Source: Laetmonice hystrix
Taxonomy: Eukaryota
Length of the DNA: 64,000 nucleotides
Assembly: GCA_965235115.1 (NCBI GenBank)
Contig: OZ249436.1
Coordinates: 51,524,001 to 51,588,000, forward strand
Direction: 5' to 3'
This document shows, in pieces, positions 54,176 through 64,000 of this stretch; position 1 is the first letter of the stretch, and each line of letters starts with the position of its first letter. Under the pieces are notes generated by a model. That model had not been told where the DNA came from. It did not search any database and saw only the letters and a list, made by a program, of their open reading frames with translations. A program made the translations under genes and the position numbers.

Positions 54176-57100
54176 TTAAAATCTTCTCTGTTCGGGGGTG
54201 GGTGGCGCCGAGTTCTCGAAGGCTGGGTTCTGGAAGGCTTTGGTGTCGATACCGTCAGGTTGGAAGTTGTATGCAGGCGGGGCCTCCAGCACCACGTTAG
54301 GGGGCAAATCCCTGGATTTTTTCTTATTAATACTTGGTTGCCACTCATCTGTTGGCTCCGTAAGCTTCTTAACCCGCTGTAAATGGAAGAGATTTGCTAA
54401 TTAGCAAACAAGACTCTGCAGATAGTGTAACGGTGCAATGGTGGATATACATAAATCAGTATTTTACAAATGCCTCTCGTTTGTTTCTTTACAAATTGCA
54501 TTCGACCAAAAAAGGAAGACGGGTGCAGTAGGTCGTAGTGACACTTACTCTGAAGAAGCTCAGTCCATCGTATTCAGGATCTCTGTATGAAAGCACGATA
54601 ACGACGACGGCGAATATTGGGATGCAGATGGCGGAGGCAAGGGCCATGCCCCAGCCGAGGCCCTGTGCCCATGGCGGCAAAACGTACGTTCCGAATGCCA
54701 GCGGTGTGAAGTCGATGATGTTCACGATTAGGACAGCCTGTCAAATACAGAAAGAAACTACCTTTAGTAAGAAGAAGGAAAGGATAGTAAACTCGAATAG
54801 CATAGAAAGGCATTTCATGCAGGTCAAGTTAAACCTGTCGTTTAAGCATTACGTGATACGGATAGGCGTTGCTAATACAGTATATAGATCCTTTACTTCA
54901 AGGGACAACTTACAATAAGAAGAAAGGGTGTGATGAACTTCCAGCAGAACCACCAGTGCATTCCGAGCTGGAATCCAATCATCTGTTCGATGTCAGCCTT
55001 GAGGCGTTTGGCACCGTAGACCCATGGGAAAATGACAGCCTCGGCCAGACCAATCAGGACGAGAGACCAGCCACTCGAGTAGTAGGACATCAGCTCCGTC
55101 CAGTAGATTCCAGACTGAAATCAGGCGAAGATTTTTAAATAAATACCTCTTCGAATTCAAACAAAACAAACATCTACAGGCAAAGCGCTCTAACAAAATT
55201 CACACGGCATAATCAGCGCAATCCCAATGACTACTACTTTCGTCTAACGCAACTTGTTTACACTTTGCTACTCCAAAAAAGAACAGGAGGTCTGTTGAGT
55301 CCATGCACGCAAACCGACTTACATTGGTACACATGGTGAGACCGAGGATGAAGAGTACAATGCAGAGACCAAGGGACACGAAGATCTTCCTCTTGCGAAG
55401 TCTGGGGAAGAGGTCGACGATGGCCGTCTGGCAATTTTCGATGCCAGCGAACTGACTGTCAAGCCCCAAGGTGAGGAGCATGAAGAAGAAGAGGACAGAC
55501 CACAACTGGGAGATGGGCAGCCGAGTGACCACCTCGGGGTAAGCGATAAAGGCCAGCCCTGACCCGGAGGCTGCCACGTCCTTCACTTCGACACCAAGCT
55601 CGGTGGCCATGAAGCCGAGGATGGAGAAAATGACGAAACCGGCAAAGACGCTGGTCAGGCAGTTGCCAATGGTCACGATCAAAGTATCCCTGTAGAAGAT
55701 CAATGAAGAACATTTCAGAAACCTCTCAAATATTTCTGGGATAAGATGACGTTCATGGTCATTTTTTAGATGAAACTGAAATATAAATTGAAGTTTAAAG
55801 TTTATACCTTACCTGTAAACATTGTTGTGGAACTTGTTGTAAGATGCGAAAGTCATGAGCCCTCCCATGCCCACGGAAAGTGAAAAGAAGATTTGGCCAG
55901 CGGCATCAGCCCAAACCTGGGAACACACAAAAGTGAGATAAATATACAAGGTGTCTTAAAAGTGGAAGACAATATAATCATAGAGTAACAAGGAATGTGG
56001 TTACGTACGGTGATATTGTGATTGTGTGGATCTTTAGTTTGGATGATTCGGAGTGACCTACCTTTGGTTTAAGCAACATGTGCCATTCCGGAATGATAAA
56101 GAACTTGATGCCCTTCAGAGCTCCAGGAAGAGTTACTCCACGGAAGAAGAGGATCACCAGCAGCAGGTAGGGGAAGGTGGCTGTAAAGTACACAACCTAG
56201 AAACAGAAAAGGGGCAAAATTAATATGTGAACATTGATCGCACTGCTATGTAAAATCAAAGAGCAATATGTCTTCCAAGTACCTGAATATGAGTAAAACC
56301 TATTAAAAAAAAACAAAAAAAAACAGTGACCCTTACATCTTCCCGTGACTTACTGAAAACGAAAAGGCAATCTTAGACTGACCTTGCCAGACGACTTGAT
56401 GCCCTTGATGACACAGAGGAAGCAGATGATCCAGGAGAGAAGCAGCAGGAGGACGAGGTCCCACTGCAGGGTTCCCGTGTCCTCAATGCTGTCACTACGG
56501 CGCAACATGCGGAAACTGTAAAGTAGAAAACCAGAAAGGTCAGCAAAGGTCATCGCAAACGGCAACTAAAAAAAGTGCCATCATCACTTTTATGAAGTAA
56601 AATGCTCAGTTCTCTGTAACTGTATTGTCTACGTACTTGAAGTACTCTTCACTCGGACTGACGAGGCGCCCTGACAGGTTGTTGAAGTCCTCGCGGAAAG
56701 TGTTTCCAGTATAATTGAAACATTCCTCAACACCCGCCATTGTGGTTGCTAGGAGTGAGGATGTGGTTGTGCTCTCTGCGTCCATGGTCGTTGTGTTACA
56801 GAAGGTCGCATTGTAGTCGAAGTCCGAAATGTACGTGCTGTTGTAGCATGTGTTATTGAAAAAGATGCCGTTCGCTTCCTCACAAGGACCAGCCGACTTC
56901 TTGGAATAACAGTCTGGTGGGAGAAATATGCTTCGTTTTAACTTCAAATCTCCTTTTTTCAATAAAATTCATAATGTTTAGAACACGGGCCCTGGATTCC
57001 GTTATTTAAGAAAAGCATTATATCCGGATGGATAACAAAACTTGGGATATCTATAATCTAATGGTTTGATTGTTGCAGGCCTATACTTACAGGCAGTATT

Positions 57101-60100
57101 GAAATCATGACCACATCCATCCCAAGGCAGGACCTTTTGGAAGGAGGCGAACATGTAGTAGAGCGCCCAGGCAATGATTTGGTTGTAGTATATACAGCCT
57201 ATAAACGAGATCACAATCATACCCGCTCCAACACCTAGAAATTAGAACAAAGTCAATGTTATTGAAACGTATCTATAAAGTAAACCATCTATTTTTCCAA
57301 AGGATGCATGGAAATGTATGCCAGGGGGGCGACGGCTTATTTGATCTTTGTTTCTTTTGTTTTTTTCTAGAGGTGATAACAATCTCTTGCTGGATAATCG
57401 TTATAGATAAACTATCTATATGTGACGTATGCGGTGCTATAAACTATCCGATTAAAAACATTGTAGTTCAACCAAATTTATAGCCCAGATAACCTTCCTG
57501 TCCTTGGACTTTTTAAACTAACTGGAATACGAGTCTTTTTGCTCAAGTGAACTCACTTAACTCTGTTTTAACATAATCAGTACATGAGTGAGCATACCTT
57601 GGAAGAGTGGGGAGGCGGCCCAGACGGTCATGGGTCCCGAGGCTGAGTACTGCCCAACGGACAGCTCAATGAAGAACACGGGTAGGCCGACGAATGTCAA
57701 CATGATGGCATACGGAATTAGAAAGGCACCTGAAACATAGTGGATACAATGACATCACTGTCTAGGCCTACACAAGCCGCCGTGAATGTTCGTCTTCTCT
57801 GACCGTCCTATATCTATTGACCTTTCTTTGTAGCCAGTGAATAGGCACGCCGTTTTAGAGGCAAAAAGTTACTTGGCATTTTGCTGCTAAGATGACAGGT
57901 TTTGTAGCTAAGATCAAATATTATAATAACGTTGATTGCATACCTCCTCCATTGGTGTATGCCATGTACGGGAACCTCCACACGTTGCCGAGGCCGACAG
58001 CGTACCCCAAACATGACAGGATAAACTCGGCCGGGCTGCCCCATGTCCCTCGCTCATCGTCACCATCCTCCTGTTAAAAACACAAGAAAGCGATTTAAAT
58101 TAAGAACGATCTCTGGGAGAAAGATCACCAAATGTTTATTGAGGTTGTGCGTCAGGAGATAAAATCACCCCAGAATTATAGCTAAACGCGTAAATGCAAG
58201 AATAATTTTGGTCACAATTGGTCGTCCATGTGTCATAAAGCCACCACTGTCCCTGCCTGATCAATCCTACCCCTGCCCCTGCCTGACCAATCCTACCCCT
58301 GACCCGCCTGACCAATCCTACCCCTACCCCTGCCCCTGCCTGACCAATCCTACCCCTGACCCGCCTGACCAATCCTACATGTTACACAGGTGAGACTAGC
58401 CTCTTCTTATTTATTTGTGGCTTCAATACTTCCCTTTAGTGATTACCATGAACTCGTGCTATAGTGACCGGATGTGTAAACAACCATGTCCCATAGTCGA
58501 GCATTGGTCACATAAAAATAATGGACACGTACAGCCTATGTTTGCATGTATAGATAATGTGGGTGGGTGTTTTTCTGTTGGTAGGAAACAACGCAGCAAG
58601 TCGGTGGGACACACCTATAGAAACGCGGCATCGACGTACTATTTGCTTCGGCCGACTCCACGTAGTAATCTTGCTATTCTACCACCCGGATTCTGGTTCA
58701 GCTAAGTTCAGAGTGGTGACTCGCAGAGAGGACGTCGACTGGTATTAGATCAAGTTTACTTAGGGTTATTTCTCCTTAGATAACAGGCACGCGTAGCGCC
58801 GTGTTATATCCGTAACCTGGAATTCCTGTTTGTTTTGGCCAGTAAAACGTCAATATTCCCGGTCATTGACAGCAATGTCCAAATATAGGGAATGTCTGAG
58901 GGTGGGAGGTCCCTATGGGATATTATGCATCAACTTGACCATTTTTTTTAAATCAGTCGAAAAATGGACATGAGCCTATTGTCAGTGTTGAAGAAAGGCG
59001 AATTCCACCTTCTACCTTTATATTTTTGGGACATGATTTCCCGCCCGGATGAAATAGAAAAGTGCGTAATCCGTTCATTGGAGGGCACCAGGTAAGTTAA
59101 GGTCAAGGGATCTCGTGCTTTTTGTGCAACATGTTCTGATTCTTGTCCCGCTGCCGGGTGTTTGCCCAGCCACTGAGCTTATAGCGTGATTGAGGAACTG
59201 AGAGTATAACCAACCAAGAGGGCCACCGTCTCCCACGGCTCCCACCCGGCCGTGTATAAATAATCAGGCTCACATAGAACGTAATAAAAACGTTTCATTC
59301 ATATCGAAACATTTCTAAAACGTTTATTAAACGTTCTTTGAAAGATGGGCGAGTTTTGTTGCGATCATTTCAATGGTTCCCACCATTTGTCTTTTCATGT
59401 ATTCCTTACACGTGCAAAGATCATTGCAGCTTGTGTCATAAATCACGCAGCAGCCATGCTTCAGTTAGGCCCCTACTTCTTTCATGGTAATATGCCGATG
59501 CCTATATGCAATAATATGCCTAAATATATCCTGGTTAGGGGCAGATGACCTAATAGTGTATAGGTACACTTGATACACCCCTAGGGTCGGTGTCAGATGA
59601 CCATGCCGCCCACGCCGGGAAAAGGTCTCGCCTGCATCACCCTCTAATTTAATTGGACACGGTTCAGAGGAGGTTGGGGGCGGTTCGGAGACTTCCCACG
59701 GTTTGACCTTGCTAGGTACGGGGTCAAAGAGAGTGCGGAGAAAACTGTGCCTATAGCAGCACCGACCCCAATTACATTTTGCTATTTACTTGTATGTACT
59801 TTGTCATTAATATGTACAAACAGTCATACATTGTGAAATACATATTGGAATTTGGTGTCAGCTTTTTGAGACGCAATTGGCATCGATCTTCGGAATCATT
59901 TTACCTGGCTGTAGCAGTGAATATAGTGTTTAATTTTTTGCCGGGTGGTTTTTGCGACTAAATGCATTCCGACTGGGTTCAGGCCTTTTGTGAGAACTGG
60001 AGCTGCCTCTGTGTTCGTGTATTGGCCGTGAAATTATGCATGTAGTTGACATAAATCACACCAAAACGCGTTCAGTTGAACCCGTAAAAAAAGGACTTTT

Positions 60101-61451
60101 TTCTAGCCCCGACAAATTGACACTATTTGAAAGCAGCTGTTTCACTAACTTAAATAAACACTTGAAAATTGAGGATGGGTGGATTTGTTGAGTCCGTCGA
60201 CTTCATATATCATAGACACAATGACACAATCAGGTAATATGTTGTGAACATACCAATCTTTACCAAATGTCCGTGTCAATCACATGAGACGACAATGGTT
60301 AGACAAATTTACATAAATGATCTCTCAAACACCTGGGGACGAGAGACAGCGACAGTCCGGGCAATAGGCACGTCCAATGTCAGTGGCATTATGCCATTTT
60401 AACAGGTGAGCGCCAAGTCTGACCATCACTTTCTAGGCCATAACTCCTGACATCTAAAAATATGTTTGGAACACTTCCGTCCATTGTCATGGCGTTGATG
60501 CCAATCAAATAGTGCGCCTCAAGCACACTTAATTGTTGCCGTGTACTATGATTCATACTAAAAGAGACCAAGGCACTGGCAGCAATTTCAAGTTTTGCTA
60601 CACTTTAGTTACATATGAAAGCGGTGCCGTTTTTCATAACTGAAATTGGCGCGAGTTTTTTCCCTCCCCAGTGACGCACACATCAAGACGGTTGAAACCA
60701 GTCCGCTTGCCTCGGGCCCTGAGCTTTCTGTCTGTCTCCAAGGTTTGGCTCTAGGCGATACTTGTACTACAATTGGTCCACAGTAACCGAATAGAAACCT
60801 TAAGCAAATATCAGGCCACTTTCTACAACGTATATTTGGTATCATATCGTTCTATTTGCAGTGTTCTGAGTGTTTGCCTTTCGGTTTGGACGCGAACTAC
60901 CTCTTGGAGTTATTCAAAGTTTGGTGCAAACCACCTCAACAGTTACGTAGCACAATCTTCTTAGGAGATGACATTGTGAAAACATTTTTTTTTTAATGTC
61001 ATGGCCATCTGTCCTTTTTTTCATTTAGATCTACCTCCACATGTAGGGCCGATAGACTTATTCTTTATCTAAAATTTGCAACTGCATGACACTGTGCGCT
61101 GCGTTATCACGATTTACATGCGTCATATATTATTTATTTGACGAGAGAGTGCATGTTTGCTATAGGTGCATAGATAGACTGAAGTGTGATCATTGAGATA
61201 GTCGCTGCCCAGATCGTCGGGAACGTCTCATTTAAAAGTTTAGCTTTTGCAAGAAAAATTGTTATATGTTCATAATAAAACACCTATAAGTGCACTTTTG
61301 GGGAAACACAATAAAAACGATATAACTTCGATAGCTTACGATTTATCAACCCTTAATCAGAAATCTAATTTTAAAAACATATATTACAGTGACTTACCTC
61401 AAGCTGTGCATTTGCATGCTCAATGTCCAGTTTCCCATTCTTTTTTCCCAT
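54176..61451 (-). CDS. SLC6 Na+/Cl- dependent amino-acid transporter, paralog 2, ~687 aa, 12 exons
   Basis: Exons 61451-61398, 58070-57944, 57729-57598, 57234-57091, 56913-56637, 56515-56383, 56196-56062, 55916-55813, 55689-55323, 55114-54914, 54737-54549, 54376-54176 join in phase (2064 nt), with the same SLC6 motifs as paralog 1. First exon ([18 protein letters not shown]) less certain. Confidence 0.92.
58250..58378. repeat. C-rich minisatellite (cctgaccaatcctacccct units)
   Basis: Five imperfect units seen directly. Confidence 0.9.
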
Positions 61452-63367
61452 TGTGTCGATGCTTGTTAAAATGCACTTAGGCCTATTCCTAAATGGAAAT
61501 GTTTCTTCTTTTGATGAGATGATGTCGCATCAACGTTCAACTCTCGTCTGACTTTCTCTGACCACATACGTTGACTTTATATCTCCGCTCCCTGCCGTAG
61601 ACCTTAGCTGTAGAAGATCACGTGGGTGTTTCGTCATTCACGGTTCGGGGAATTCCGGACTTTACCGAGACAGAGCCACGAATGGGTATAAAGCGGTCAC
61701 GGTCTGTGCCGTGGCTGGTGACGAATCGACCTGACCCCGCCGACGGGACTGTTACATTCCGACCTGGCATGACGTCACTGCCGAAGGTTTCCTAGTGGAG
61801 CTCCGCTGTCGGACATGGGGATGCAGAGAACATGACTGAAAGTGAGAGCTCAAGCCTGCGGTCGGTCCAACCCAAAGGCTGGGGCCTATAAGTTTCGCTC
61901 GAACTAGTTTTGAGGAATTGTCAAACGACTTAAACCGAAAATCAAACAAATCTTTGAGCGCCATGGTGTGTTGGTGTATCGTTTTATTAGCAGGGTAGGC
62001 GGGAGAACCCTGGGACCGGAAGAGCGGACGCACTCAAGCGTATCAATCATTACGAACCGGGACAACATTCCTCCACGGTGAGGTGACCTCATCAAAGGGT
62101 CGACGACTCCATATAAGGAAGTCGCTTCCGTTCCTCGCGTCTCCCACAACTTAAGACACGTTCAATTGTCGGTCGACAAAGTAGGCCTAAGTGAGTGATG
62201 CTGGGAAAGTACACCGCCAACCGCCTCAATATGTAAAAGAAAATAATGGTTATTATATAGGCCTATACCCTAAGTATAGATAATATTGATGCCCTTTTTG
62301 TGGGATGAATGTCGATGTCCCACACCGCATAAGTCTAATGATAAGTCACATCTGAATGAGTTAATAAAGATGGATGGCATCTTAATTACTGCATACTAAC
62401 TTTAACGACTAAGGCGTGTTTGCAGAAAAAGTTTCAGGCATATAGAGTCTATAATGCCGAAAAAGAAATTTATATACTCAAATTAAATGGTAGTAATCTC
62501 CTGATATTTACTCAAATTAAATGGTAGTAATCTCCTGATAATTTTCCTTTAGAAAGCGCACTCAACAGAAAACTCTTAGAAAGCCCCTATTAGAGAGATT
62601 GCATGAGACTCAATGTACTTATCATAGATCAACGATTTTTTTATAGGTGAGCTAAATTATCCAATGGCACTGAAGGTAATTCTGAGTTGGAGGCCACCCC
62701 CAGACCTGATACCCCCCCCCCCCACCCACCCACCCACCCACACATACCCCACGTACCCCCTGGTGGCTGTGGGCAGGCTGACAGACATTCAAAGTTGCAG
62801 GGCCAGCTGATGCGAGAGCCAAGCCCACCGATCTCGAGCTTCAGTTTTTTTTTTTTTTTGGGGGGGGGGGGTCCTTGGGCCCCTCATCCCCGCTTCCGGT
62901 GTATATACGCTTACCTAATCCCGCAATTAACCTATGATGTATAGTTGGAACTAATCCCCACGACTTACACCCCACCCGCTGCCCCTCCCGCCCCCCACAT
63001 CCTCAACCCCCACCACCTTTGAATCTCTACTCCTACAAATGACATCACCCTATAGATATCGCCGCGAACGCGTCTTACATCTGACTCGCTGTATATAGGT
63101 GACTAGCTATTTTATATCGCTCCGATATTCTTTATGCCTATACATTTCACTAAAGATTATCACTTTTTGACGGTGCATGGCGGTGCGTAGGTTACAACTC
63201 CGTCCTAGCACATGTGTGCAGCTGCATGGTTGTTTTCCTGTATAGGCCGTATACATATCTCATGGTACCGGGCCGCCACGCTGGGGGTTTTCTTTCATCA
63301 GCGCAGAACATCTAAAATCACATGCAAGTTCATACAGCCTAAATGACACCCTTTGAAGGGTAGTTAG

Positions 63368-63601
63368 CAGGCGCGGATCCGGGGGGGGTACGGGATCGTG
63401 CCCCCTCCCCTCCTCTCGGCCATTTTATAATGACAGGTGGTAATTTTCATCAATTTAATTTTGACCTTTAAAAGGTCGGCACCGAAAGCTCTTCAGTTGG
63501 ATGCTGAGAAGCCGGAAAATAACGTCTATGGTCTTTTATATTCCCAAAAATTTTCAGTCAGAGCCCCCCCCCCCCAAAAAAAAATCCTGGATCTGCCTCT
63601 G
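63368..63601. mobile_element. Short CAG..GGATCC-ended MITE family member (related pieces near 3570-3592, 51258-51680, 47998, 48601)
   Basis: caggcgcggatcc ... ggatctgcctctg termini with poly-G/poly-C tracts, recurring in the window. Confidence 0.6.
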
Positions 63602-64000
63602 GTTAGAATATTTACACGCATGGGACAAAGGCAACACTCCGTGAGACGAGTGTCTTGTCCTACATATCAGATGTCGTGCTTTTTCTGTAAAATCAGTGCT
63701 GGTCAGACAAGCAGCACAAGGTAGTTTGCTTTTGTGGCACCATGCCAAAAGTACGAAGGTGACCAGTATACAAAAGGGAGAGAAAGCATTTCTACCAGAG
63801 AAGAAGGTGCTGTTTATAACACCTATACTCTGGCATCTTTCACGAGCAAAGCCCTAACACAGTATTACTAGACGTTGTCACTTCCAACGTCAAACGGTGC
63901 AGGTAGAGACGGACTGCAATCTAATTAAAAATCAATCTTGGTATTCCGCTTCTGTTCTGGGATGTGCTCATGCGAAATAACTAAAATCTAATTTTAATTA

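Overview
Eukaryotic genomic DNA from a bilaterian invertebrate (inferred from gene content and intron-rich structure; species not determinable). No prokaryotic features or CRISPR arrays. I assembled five spliced genes by hand, with splice phases checked: a secreted olfactomedin/noelin-like gene (minus, 98-3780); SNX14 (minus, 33 exons, 9818-31229); a phosphomannomutase PMM2-like gene head-to-head with it (plus, 31500-34648); and two tandem SLC6 amino-acid-transporter paralogs (minus, 37116-47537 and 54176-61451). Non-coding DNA holds several non-autonomous DNA transposons, including a 2.4-kb foldback element with a nested MITE whose 9-bp target duplication is confirmed by an empty site. Most notable observations: (i) a large, regionally clustered excess of TA-NNNN-TA palindromes, with one TA-to-TAGGCCTA insertion caught directly, suggesting fossil excision footprints; (ii) the SLC6 pair shows non-canonical substrate-pocket and gate residues, exon-limited gene conversion, three precise intron differences and a triplicated splice acceptor; (iii) the SNX14 stop-codon region is tandemly amplified into its own 3' flank; (iv) two GC-AG introns. 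No clearly new multi-gene system was found. Comparisons to vertebrate proteins are from recalled sequences, not database searches.
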